Below the pieces are notes generated by a model. That model did no database searches. It saw only the letters and a program-made list of their open reading frames with translations, and was not told the DNA's origin. Shown piece after piece: positions 13,461 to 26,000 of a stretch of 64,000 nt of DNA (its first letter is position 1; the number at the start of each line of letters is the position of its first letter). The position numbers and the translations under genes were made by a program. The stretch lies in NCBI RefSeq assembly GCF_964204865.1, contig NC_135262.1, forward strand, positions 11,346,001-11,410,000, given 5' to 3'. This DNA comes from Styela clava (taxonomy: Eukaryota).

Positions 13461-14932
13461 ACGATTGACAGATGATTTAGATATTGCTGGTACGACCTAT
13501 GCTACCGACAATGTCAGCACCAAGTCCTCAAGCAAAAATATGGCGCCCCACGAAATCTCAATTAACCTTTTAAAAACTTCACTATTCTTGTGATTGCAAT
13601 TATATTTCATGTTATCTTTTGTAAGGGCAACATAATTCTCTTGATGTTCGTCGGAAGCCGTTCGTTGATGCTTCGCCTGTTGAAAGTCGAAGAGTGGAAA
13701 CAACTAGTTCTGTAGTTTCATGTGATATTCGTTGTAAGGATGGATCTACTTTACCGTTCTTCTGAAATTTCTTTCTTCACTTTTCTTCTCTAAATTTTGG
13801 TCAAAAGCACCAATCTTCTACACGGCCTATTCTATAGTTTTCACCGAACAGCAAGACATTTTCAGGATGACCAAAAAAGCTGATAAGTGGGACGAAAATT
13901 CACAACGTGGAGTTGCCTGGAAAATCACGATGAATTCTGAAGACTGGCCCTAATCTATTGGATTTTTGTTTGTGAAATGACTTAATCGTATATGCAGCTA
14001 TTTCGCGGTAACTGCAGGATTTCCCTCAGGTGATTTCCGTTTCTTTCTGATATATCCTTTCAGCGCCGGGTGGCCAGGGACTATTCTGGTGAAATTTCCG
14101 AACTACTGTTATTGTCGGTAAGTACTGCATTAATTTGGAGGAAAATTCAACAACGTCCTTTACTGGAGATAAATAAATTCATAATTTTTAGATTGTTCAA
14201 CATGATAAATAATGTGTTCCGTCCGAACCACTTTTGCTTGAAACCTCTACCCAGCAGTTGATTTGGCATTCACCATGGTTGGAAGATATGACAGATATTT
14301 TTGTGTTTTTCATTTTGATTTGAGCGTTGCAGGATTTAAGTATAGTCATTGAGATATAAATTTTCTAGTCTCCATGGAATTTTTTCTCTTGCATCCATAG
14401 ACGTCATTGGTGTATGTGCTTTTGTAATTATTATAGGAAGACAGAGTAGCCTAATCGAAATAAACTTAATTACTTGACGATAGTTTGATTAAGGAGTTCT
14501 CAACGAGTCTTAAGTTATTTTACGTATTCTGCGCCAGATTAACCATTAAACAATATAAGCACGTGCTTAGGGCACCGAGCAAAGAGGGGCACCACGGAAA
14601 TTTTATAGCAGAATTTTATATAGTGAGTTCACCAGACGACTTGAAGTTCAAAATGTTCGCTTTTTTTCGTCTTCAAGTATAATATTGATTTTCTCTATTG
14701 ATAATAAACACTGAAGCTTATTTATTGGAAACGAAATGGGTCTATGAGTCGTTTTAAATTGTTGTTGTCTTCTCTTCCTAGTATTCTCCTTGTTGCTACA
14801 TTTTTGTTTTAAAATTTTTTTTTTCTCTTCAACTATTGGATCAACGAACTATTTGCACTATGTGACGGTTCCGCAGTCGCATTTCAACGTTCTAGTGGTC
14901 AGCAAAGTCGGGAGTTTTTTGATAAGGTAGAC

Positions 14933-15692
14933 CAGGGTGGTCCAAAGCCGTCATGCTGATACATTGCGTGCGGCAGACACAACAATTTTAGCGTAAGTTT
15001 GTACCTGATTGCAGAACGTTTTTTAGTTTTTTTTAGCTATTCCAACTGGGGTTGGGATCCTTAGATTCAAACTTTTTTTTCTAAGGTTTTGTGCCTTTAT
15101 TTTGATAAAAACACTCCTCTGTTTTCGAGCGTGGGCCATGTGACAGTAGTGACGAAACGCAGAGCCGACTTAACGCCGCGCAATCCAGTATTTTTTTAGC
15201 ACTCTCGTACCACGTGTCCCTGTCCCACTTCTCCGGAACACGTGGGACACGACATTTTGGAGACACCGGTGTCTGGGGACACGTGGGACACGACATTTTG
15301 AAGACACCGGCGTCTGGGGACAAGTGGGACACGACATTTTGGAGACACCGGGTGGAAACGTATTTCCTTGCCCACCACGCAGTGTCTGGTTTGCTTTCAA
15401 GTAATATCTATCACGAAAGAGCATAATTTGACGCGAGATGCGGAAAATACAACGGTAATTCTCGGGAATCAATTTTAAAATAACTGAAAGCTTTATATAT
15501 CTTCTAAGAACGGCACCCATGCAGCATAATAATAGTCTGATTAGAACGGTAAACTCTCGTTGTTTATTAATTTTAAAGTATGTAATATCGCGATTTCGCT
15601 CACTTTTGGGTTTTCTCCGACTTGCGGCCCGCGAGACCTCCTCATAAAAAGTTTTTTGCGGTCCTTCAGCCTAGCAACCTTGAACCACCCTG
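14933..15692. mobile_element. hAT-type MITE carrying an internal 41-bp tandem repeat
   Basis: TIR CAGGGTGGT / ACCACCCTG with exact 8-bp TSD AGGTAGAC. Confidence 0.85.
15238..15351. repeat. 41-bp tandem repeat, ~2.8 copies
   Basis: Unit acacgtgggacacgacattttggagacaccggtgtctgggg, starting at 15238, 15279 and 15320. Confidence 0.9.
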
Positions 15693-15850
15693 AGGTAGAC
15701 CATTAGGTAGCGGTAAAATTTCAAACTACAGTTGTGACTTGTATCCTTTGGTATTTCGATTTACGTTGAGACTGGACGCATGAATCTTCATTGTCGCCAT
15801 CCCTCAGGATTAGAGCTCAACCGATATATTGGCCCGACATTGCGTGTTTG

Positions 15851-15853
<3 letters not shown>

Positions 15854-15892
<39 letters not shown>
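15854..15892. repeat. (TA)n microsatellite
   Basis: Read directly from the sequence. Confidence 0.95.
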
Positions 15893-15895
<3 letters not shown>

Positions 15896-16177
15896 CAGTT
15901 GAAAAACCTAAAAGAGTTCGTAAAAGTTGATTTTTAACTGTTGGTTGTGATTATTTGTAATGAATAGCCTACTTATGTAATTTATTGTTTTTATAATTTT
16001 AATCACACATAAGGGGGCACCAGTCTTCAGTGCTTCCGTGCTTCGGCATAATCCGCCCCTGTACGTATTCGTTTATCGAAGCAAGCAAAACTGACTTATC
16101 TCGGCGTTTTTATGTAGAATTATTCCCTCAATTACCTTTTTGGAATATTGGGGAATCTGCCTGCACATCTGTCCAGT

Positions 16178-16348
16178 GGTGACCGTACATTTGAACCCAT
16201 GTGTATATACGCGGGTTCAATCTATATGCGGGTGCTAAAACCCATGGGTTAGGGTTAGTATGGGTTCAAATATTCGTAAAACAAAAAAATTTCCATAGTT
16301 GCAATAGTGTGCAGGTGCAATGGTTGTGGGTTCAAATGTAATGGAACC
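16178..16348. mobile_element. Short MITE with 8-9 bp TSD (Merlin/Mutator-like), copy 1
   Basis: GGTGACCGTACATTTGAACCCA ... GGGTTCAAATGTAATGGAACC with 9-bp TSD CTGTCCAGT; contains gggttagggttag. Confidence 0.8.
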
Positions 16349-17077
16349 CTGTCCAGTACATAATGGTTTCGGAGCATTTACGACCTGTTTCAATCTGCTA
16401 TTAATATGAAATACTTTAAAACTTTGTTTGAAAAAGCCGCGAATACGAAGTTGGAGTTAGCTCAATCAGACGGTTTGGAACCAATCAATGGAGGTGGTGC
16501 ATTTTTCGCTTATAATTGCAACCCAGAATTGTAATAATTACTTATTTCAACCAACGAACTGTCGTCTTATTCGGTTCACCTCGGCGAGCGATCGCATTTT
16601 GCGCATAATTTTCGGTACGTGGGTCTGTTAGTTTGATGCATTCTCTGTTTTCAAAGTTGATATGAGCATAGGTTTGAATTTCTAGTGTTCAACTATGGCA
16701 ATAAGTAAACTTGTTTTAATGGTGGTTGAGTATTTATCTATGTTTGGGTAGTGCATATGAGGTATTTATCAACAATCAGGCATGGCACAAAGGATAGGTT
16801 GACAGGCACTCAACATGAGGTTATTTAGTACTCCAATGTCGAACGATTCTATAACAATTTTCGAGTGTTATAACAAGGGCTATTAAGTGCATGGTAGCAC
16901 CATGTTTATATTATATATACAGACAAAAAATCTGAAATGACTATTTAACGTTGAATATTTTAACATATTTCACCCTTATCAGTCTATGTAGATTATATAA
17001 ATGGACGTCGTTGGATATCGTATCCAAATTTGAGATAGCGTTGTCGCGAGAAGAGTTGATCAGCGCAAAACGTGAAG

Positions 17078-20000
17078 ATGGGAATGGGAGTACCTCATTC
17101 CTGTGACTATCTTGTACTATTATTTTGTGGCACTCTAGGAAACAATGATCCAGAATTACTCGGGAGTGATGAAAGTGATATTATTATAATTGTCTGGCAG
17201 TTACTGGATCTTGTGGAAAACCAAGTGAGTGATTAGATTGGAATTCAAGCATAATTCCCATAAGTGGCAACGTGATACATGGGGCAGGGCCACTTTGTTA
17301 TGATTTTTACTTGTCCATCAGACCACCACCAGAACACGAAAATGGCGTGTTGGGCCCAAACCAATCTTATTTAGTTGAATATTAAATAAGTGTCTGGTTC
17401 GATGCTTAGTTTGATTGAATTTTGCTTGCCGTTTTCATAAAATATCCTCCATGCACTGTTATTATTTGTGTAGATCTAATAAAATATTTGGAATCTCGTG
17501 GATAATTATGTGACAAAATTTTGACAATAAAAAGTTGAAACATTAGGTTTCAAAAGCGCAAAATTACGCGACCGATATAAGGGAAACATAAAATCATAGA
17601 TACTAAAAATAATCTCTTTATGTTCGGTGGAATTTGCAAGATGCATTTATGTTGCCCTAGTTTTAAGCAAATTTACTCGGCTTGCGGACGTTTCAAATAA
17701 TGATTTTCCCGGTTATCCACTTTCTTAGTACGTTTCAATATTATCAAACACAATGGATATCAAATGCTTGTATCCGTTACGACTTACGTCTTGCCTCATT
17801 TTTTTCAGACAGGGGATATTCACTACATTTACATTCGACCTTCATCAAACATTCATCTCTCAGAAGAGTGGATAAAAGAAACCGGAATTTCAGAAGAAAC
17901 ATTACAATCAGCAATTTCATTCGGAGAGGCAATACAGCAGGTTATTTTTTCGAAATCTCATTATTCAGTCAGTCTATTATTATTTTATTGTAGGAGTAAA
18001 ACGTAGGACATGATTAATTTAAAATTTAGGTTTAGGCAATGGTCTAAACCGCGCGCAAAGTTCTGGGCAAACTTATAAAAATTTCGTTTCGTTATAAAAC
18101 TATAATACTTTTTAAATTTATTTCTAGTTTGAACAAACTTTACGCAATGAATTGAATAGCAAAGGTCGAACGTGCAAATTTTTCTTGTGTACTGATGGAC
18201 AATGTCACCTGAGACAGGTCCTGCATCCGACAGCAATGCGACAAGATATTGCTCTGCCAGAATTTTTCCACAGGTAATTAACTAAATATTATTGATATAC
18301 CTGAAAATTTACAGAATTGTTCAATTTCTTCTCATTTTATCTAGTCAAAGAAAGCATCTTTTTGATGCATATTTAGTTAAATGGGTATTTCCTGGTATAA
18401 GGTGACATGCAACTCAACTCAAGTCCGTGTAACGCCGGGTAGCACTGGCGTTCTGTTAGGGACAAGTGTTTAATTATTTAAATAATCATGATTTTATTGC
18501 ACGTTTTTTATCGATGCGACAATATTTAAGAAGCCTTTTGAGCGGCTCAAATTTTATTTGTCCATGTGTTTATATATATATATATATATATTTCCTCTGT
18601 GTGTGTTTTCTTACTTGCAAACTTCTAGTCTTGAGTTATGATAAAAACAATTGAATCCGTTTTCAGTTTTTTTGATCTTCGAAAAGAATTTCGCAATTGT
18701 TTTCCTGGTACCACGACCGATCACAATGCAAATATAATAGAAACTGATGAAATGGATGGCTATTCTCGACAGTCGACCGTTTCAGTAGAGCAAATGTTGG
18801 AATGTATCCTTTTTGCAAAATAATAGAAAAAACTATAATAAAACTATAAATATAAGTATTCCAAATACCTATTTAGAAGGCACGGCCGGGCTTTACATGC
18901 AACGCGATCACTCTTAGCGACCTCGAGTGTATGCTTGTATTTTTAAATGTTGTTCATTTGTTTGTACAGACTTGCTCCAGTGTCATTTTTGCAACAAGTG
19001 CGCTGTATTTGTACATTTTGAAATAAAAGCTTTGCCAAGCTTGAAATAAAAACAATGTCCTGATTAGGTAGAGAATTATCAACGGCCGTGCTTGGTCATA
19101 AAACCTGATATTTGTTAACTTAGATATACTATTACAAAAATGAAATGCTCATTGCTGATGCTTTGACAATGTACACACAGCCCGTGTTTGTCTTGCTACG
19201 AATCGGCTTGTTAAATGAGACGCTTGACGCTTGTTCAGAGCCCGGAGGACAGGTGCTGCTTCTCATACCTCATGGAGTCAAACAAAACAGGGATGCCAAA
19301 TTATACAAACGAAACTACGTCAAATAGAAGACTTATCTAGATATAAATATACCTTATACGCCATACGTTAGTTCCCGAGGTCTAGACGATGTCTGCTTCG
19401 GGTAATCTATATTATTTTCAGTATAATAAACATAAAATACAATAGCGGACCTGACGTCTTGGGCACTAAAATTAGCATTTTATCGTTAATTATAGACAAA
19501 CTGTGCCACGCGTATCTAGTCAATTTACAATCATGCTACGATAACCATGCGTTTTTTGGGGTCAGCCTGAGGCAGTTCGGAGTATGAATCCGACGCTGCG
19601 GGCTGTGAAATCTGATACATAATATTGGACACGAAATGGACCTATGGATCGTTTTGTTAACATTCCTTTTCATTTTTCTTCTTGTTGTGAAAATAGTCTT
19701 CTTTTCTTTCTCATTAACTACTGGGCCAATCGCTTTAAAATTTTCATTGGTTAATATTTGTATTTATCGTTAGAATCTTTTTATTTATTTTTTAAAATTT
19801 CTGTGCGCGCTATGGGATTCATTTTTCATGTGCGGTTGCGTCATCAAAAATTGCGCATCTTGTGTCGGTTACGTTTGCGTTAGTCGTGCAGTTTGCGGTA
19901 CGTTTTAGATTTCGTGCCCATATATTTGAGCATCGATCTCTTGTCTAAATTGATTGGATTATTACAATTTTGATCCATTCTTGCGACTAAATCATTCTAG

Positions 20001-23000
20001 ATCTCCGGGCTTGCTTTCACGTGTTCAAGCCGTGCCCGGTTGTTATTCCGCGCACATCTCTGCATTTCAAAATTCCTTATGGTAGACTAAAAGTAGATTA
20101 AATCTTCAAGCAGACGAGTTTTTTTAAATAATTTGTTCATTTTGCCGAGCTCACTAACATACTGAACTCGTATTTATATTTTTGTTTTATTTCTCATTTA
20201 TTCCTTGACTGCTACGCTATTCAAGACCTCAATATCACAGTTCCTAACACGTACGGTACTTTGGGCGTTGATCACGTGATGAGGATGAGCACTGTTGTAC
20301 AAGTTATGATATGTGAAAAACATAGTAAGCATTTTCACTGTTACCTGCTATATTCAGGACAGGAGTGTCCAGAATATTCATCTAATATATATTGCTGAAA
20401 CTGGATGTATTCTTCTCAATACAAGTTTCTTATATTTTTACAGATCATCGGTTTACTTGCCCGGAGACGATATTAGCAAGATTGGATACAGGGCCCTGGT
20501 AATATATTTGTTCATATTGTGTGTACTAGGTGCCGTTACAACCACAGACCAATGTTGATTGATTTTATAAGATTGAAAATCCAATGTTATCCCTGAGTAT
20601 TGAAAGGAAACATTTATCTCCTAGCTTTAAAATGTACGCGATTTGATCTGTATTCCTAATTTTGAATTTTAAAATACCTAACGCAATTAACGAAGGCACC
20701 GTATCGTGGTTAGGCTTGTTAAATTCCCGGCGAAAGGAAGTCGTTTTAATTTACAACAGCCGAAGCACCAGCCTTTTCCAACGATTGCCAACTGCATTCG
20801 TCTGGTAATTTGTTAAAGTGTGTTGCTAACGGTAGGAATGAATCAGAATGACTGTGATAATGCAATGGATTTCTGCCTTCCACGCAAAATTATGCAGTAG
20901 ACTAAACTGTTTTCTCGTTAACAGCGTTGGATCTTATGGAGCACAGGAAGAATGCGTTGTGAGGGCGCGTGGGTTACCCTGGCAAGCTTCAGATCATGAC
21001 ATAGCCAAATTTTTTAAAGGACTTAATATTCAAAGGTAGGTAATGCATTGTACTATTTATATTGAGATTACGATGATCTCATGTACATGTTAGTTTTAAA
21101 TACCAATGATTCTTGATTTTCATTCATTTGATGTATATGTTGGTGTATACGCGTTCCATAAGCGGCGCCTTATTCTACATAGTTCACCTAACTCTAGTCT
21201 AGCTAGGGTATAGGTTCCATCTCTTGAGTTAGTGTTGTTCTCGCGCTGATCTTAATCTGCAGTATTTATTGCGACTAACTCTAAATGGAAAAATTCAGAT
21301 TTTTTCACCATGGTTCGCATTCTTGTTACAATAAATCCCAAAAACTCCAATCCTAGCAAGCTAGGAAATATTTACGCCAGTGTATAATAGTCTGAAATTG
21401 GATAGCGTTTAACGACCTAATTATAGTTCCTTATGTTGTATATTTTTTAAACTCTAATATGTACAGATTGTGACAATCTTTTGGTGCCGTGATACGATGA
21501 ACATACCGATTGAAAATCAGTGTGATTGTGATAATAGATTACGTGTAACTAAGCGATAACGCTGAAACGTCATCACACACCTCGCCGTGCTCGATTGTAG
21601 ATGAATTCCAAATCAGGAAGCCGTTCTTGTCGTAGGATATACGTTATAGCATATTGTGACTAATTCCGAGTATTATTTCATCGCAATACGAGAACGCAAT
21701 ATTAACCCATTACGTACAAAACATATGTTATTGTTAATACAATACCCCCGTGTTTCACTAAATGCAGTTCTACTAAAACAGAATATATGGGTCCTTATTT
21801 AACTTAAGTCCAACAAATTCTAAATTATTCAATATACGCAGGGCACCGTCGGCGTAACAAGGGTTAATATTTTATGCAATTCAACATATTTGTGATCCTA
21901 GTTGAATTAGCCCATTGTTTGAATACGTTATTCTAATGACCTGGCCCTAGTATTATCTTTCTGGATAATATTGCTATCGTGAGATAATTCCTAGTAAATG
22001 TAATTGTTCGATTTTCTTCGACTAAAGAAACACGTATAACTAGTAGGAAATGATAGGCAAGGAAATTGTCGACATCTTTTAAATGCATCGTCTTATCTAA
22101 CTGCAAAGAATCGTATCATTTGCAGACCAACTCTACGTTAATTGGAAATATTAATGCATTAGGGATACAGCAAGAAAGCTTGCTCGTGTTTTAGAAAATA
22201 TATTATGTTCTATTATGAAAGAAAATGAGGTTTATGCGTAACTTTCATTGCTAATTCAGTTCTTTTCGAATAATTCAATTTTTTGTAATACTAGAAATCG
22301 TTATTTGAGTGTTACTTAGTAATAAATTTTGTCCACACAAACAAAACAACAATAGAAGGTATGTTTTTTTTTTATTTCAAACCTTTTCTCTTTCCCTTAT
22401 TTTCAACTACCGTCCAAATCAGGAACAGGTATCGATGGAAAAGTAAATGAAGTGAAAATAGTTATTTCTTCATTACTTATTATTTGGCCTTTTCCATGCT
22501 TTGTTTAATGAAATAACTGAACGATTTTCCATATTGCGCTCCTTGTGGATTATATCCGATTTCATAAGGTGAAACTTCTCACTAATGTCATTTTCTTTCA
22601 AATTCTTTTACTTATGGTGATTTATCTACACACGGACTGGTGTTCTTCTCTATGCTGAAATGTCAAATACGTTTTGGACATCGATGGTGCTTCTTCATGC
22701 ATGTTCCCGCATAATGCTTGGTTTCTTCGGTGTGGTGGTCTCCAACACGTATCTTCATTACACTGGTGTCATGGGGTTTTGGTGATATTTTTTGTTTTCT
22801 TTTATTTCTTCGCCTTCGTTTGCTTCTCTGACATCGGCCAAATTTCTGCGGCGTCTGTGGTTACACTGTCATGGCTTCGTACGACAGGGGTGGCGTGGCG
22901 TTAGTACTAAATCCACAAGGTCGTAGAAACGGGGAAGCTCTTGTACAATTTTGTAGCCCAGAACACAGAAGTTTGGCTCTTCTCAGACACAAGCACCACA

Positions 23001-26000
23001 TGGCGAATCGTTACATCGAGGTGAGCATTTGTGGTAAAGTTGAAATGATGGTAGATGTATTATGAACATAAAATGAACATTATACCTATGTATTCTATGG
23101 TACGGTGAAATCCTGCATATCTGATTTTGAGTAAGCTTCTATGTAGCCTATGTTTTATATATTAGAATCAAGAAAAATCCAAAAGTAGCAAACGACCAAC
23201 ATAATGTTTATACTACATTGGTGTACACCGCTAAATTTTAGTAACTCTTACATTGGTGGCATTCAAAATGCATTCTTTATTTTATATTCTTTTCTATATA
23301 TGTCTATTAATTGTACCAAAAGTTGGATGCGTTTTCTAATAACGTAATGGTCTTGTTTTGTACACATTTAAAACACGTCTACACTATTAGGTGTATCGAG
23401 CTAAAGAGGATGAATTTTTCAAAGTGGCGACATGCAATTCAAGAGAGGCTGTGCAGTTCCTATCTAAAGGCAGTGATGCTATAGTTCGAGTAAGAGGCCT
23501 GCCTTTCACGGCAGTGGCCCATGATATAGTAAGTTTTTTAAAAGTTATGCTAAGCTTTTTTTTTTTTTATACATCTAGTCTTTTTCCTGAGGTATGCAAA
23601 ACATCCGTTGTGATTGGTACGATTTTAAGTTAATTCAGGGGATCTAAAATCTTCATTCCAAGAACTTTATTAAAATGACAATAAATCTGGCTCCTGGTTT
23701 CATAATTGAATAGAAATTTCCTACACTTCATGTTGATATAGAATTTTTGTATTTAGCTTGAAAGAATAATTATTTTCAGGTCAATTTTTTCGGTCCGGAA
23801 ATTCCCGTGGCAGGGGATGAGAACGGCGTACTAATAGTCAGATTTCCTGACGGCAAGTCCAGTGGAGATGCATTTGTGTTGTTCGACACAGAAGAGGTTA
23901 GATATTCTTGCATTTTGAATGCTTATTGGACACGTAGTGGACATAACAATCGTTTTGTTGCTCTTGTGTTCATTTACACGTTTTGGAGAAATCGCTTTTC
24001 TCGTTGATTACTGGACTAATTGCTTTGAAATTTTCAGTGGTTGAAGATGGAATTTTTTTCCAGAAGGCTATTACTTTCATTTTTTGCTACGACGTCATCA
24101 AATTTATGTGGCGCTACGTGTCCATATATTTGAGCATAGCTCTTTTGTATATTGCATGAATTTCTCCGAGAAAACAAAAGTGCTCAATGATAAAACAAAT
24201 ACCAACTATTTGTATTGATAGCCATCTTGGAAGAGTACTAGTACATTCATGTATTATGTATCGATAGAAATTTGTTTACGGCAGATTTTAACTTAAGAAG
24301 ATGTTTTATTTTGTGGAAGCCTTGAATAAATTGACAGCATGCATGCTGGAAATACAATTTCCACAACCACTTACTTTATAAAAAATTACGAACTCAACGG
24401 CAGAGGCCATTTTTTTTCTAACTTCATCCTAACCGCAGATTTAGTACTTAGTTTAAGCGTAAGCGTAAGCGTAGCGATCATGTTTTTAAATAGAATATTG
24501 GAAAAAATTCTCTCTTTTCTTTTCAGATTGCTCATCTTGCTCTTGGAAAACACAAGCAAACATTAGGCAAAAGATATATCGAAATTTTCAAAAGTACGGC
24601 TGCCGAAGTGCAACAGGTGAGTTAGATACGAGTGAAGTATTATTTCAGTTCGTGTTTAAAATGAAAACCTGATCTTGTTTACGATCTTGAAATAAGCCTA
24701 CGACGAATGAATCACGTTTCGGTTTTAGTCCTTATAGAACAAGGCACCAATTTGAGAGTCAAGTTTTTTTTATTACAATGGGGATGCGCATTTTCGGACA
24801 TGCATTGAATCATTTGTTGAAATGTTATCGGTTGCAGACCTAGTTATTTATTACGTAACTATATTCCATTTAGAATCGTTTAAACAAATTACCTTCAGCT
24901 TGGATGGTTTAAACGCAAAGATACACGATACGAATAAAAGTTAGGCATGTGCTTTGGACCCACAAGCTCCTAATAATTATCCCTTTCTTCATAAACATGA
25001 TAGTTATCATATCCACTTCGAATATGAATTGGAATGTATTTATTACATTACTTTTCCAGCACACCCGATCATTACAATGCACGATTAATTTAATATCGAA
25101 CTAATTGATAATACTTAAAATAGTTAATTGATTTTATCATGAATCGCAAATGATAACAGTTCATTAAAGAATGGTTTACTGGCTGTCAACAACGGTCAGG
25201 TTCATTGCGATTCTCAATTACCAATAATCAGCGCGTACATCGTGCCCTCCGGCCAAATGTAATCGCGTCAAAAAGACTGTGACGGTGTTTAAGGTAGCGC
25301 TGGCAAACCTGAATCGCGACTCGCACGCCTTAGGGCTAATTAGCTAGAGAAAAAAAGGGTTGTGCTAATAATATTACGCAGTTTTGTGGACGTGGAGATA
25401 TTCTGGAATATCAGCCTAATACGCAACTGTAATAAACTGGAGTTCCTTTTCAGTTAGGTAAACTTTAGTTTAGATTTCAATACTCACCTCGTGAAGTACA
25501 ATTCCTCGTCACTTTTCAAACTCCTTCGATACAGAGTAATAAAAATATCAAATCGCTTCAAACTAATGTCAGGATTTAGACGAGTTATTCTATATTTCTG
25601 AAGTAATCTGAATGTCTCTATACGTTATCGTAGAAATTTTAGCTTCATTAAAATATAGGATTGAAGAGATCGAGTATAAATAAATCTTGGGACCAAAATT
25701 CATTTGGTTTGAGATACACTTCCTGTTAGACATGGGTGCTATTGAGTCAAGTCCCAGTATATTAAAAGCTAGAAGTTTAAATATTATTTTTTTTATATAT
25801 TCTGTACGCAGGTTTTAAGTCAGCATATGTTAACACCTATTTTGTCGCCTCCACCAATGGCATCACCTATGCATCACGTTCCAATGGGATTTCCCGGCTC
25901 CCCAGTAACCCATGCCGCTGTTCAGCAGCATCAGGCTCAATTGGCCCAACTCCAACAGGCTCAATTGCAAGCCCAGGCCCAAGTGGTCACTCCACCGGGA

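Noticed and set aside
12540-14420. Possible decayed non-LTR retrotransposon on the minus strand
   Set aside because: Only weak RT-like fragments are visible by eye; it cannot be supported without a profile search.
15081-15520. Several overlapping ORFs with repeated CPTC/CRVP motifs
   Set aside because: They are translations of the 41-bp tandem repeat inside a hAT MITE, not a gene. The repeat has no unique spacers, so it is not CRISPR-like.
16246-16258. Telomere-like gggttagggttag
   Set aside because: Only two units, internal to a MITE (also at ~34708).
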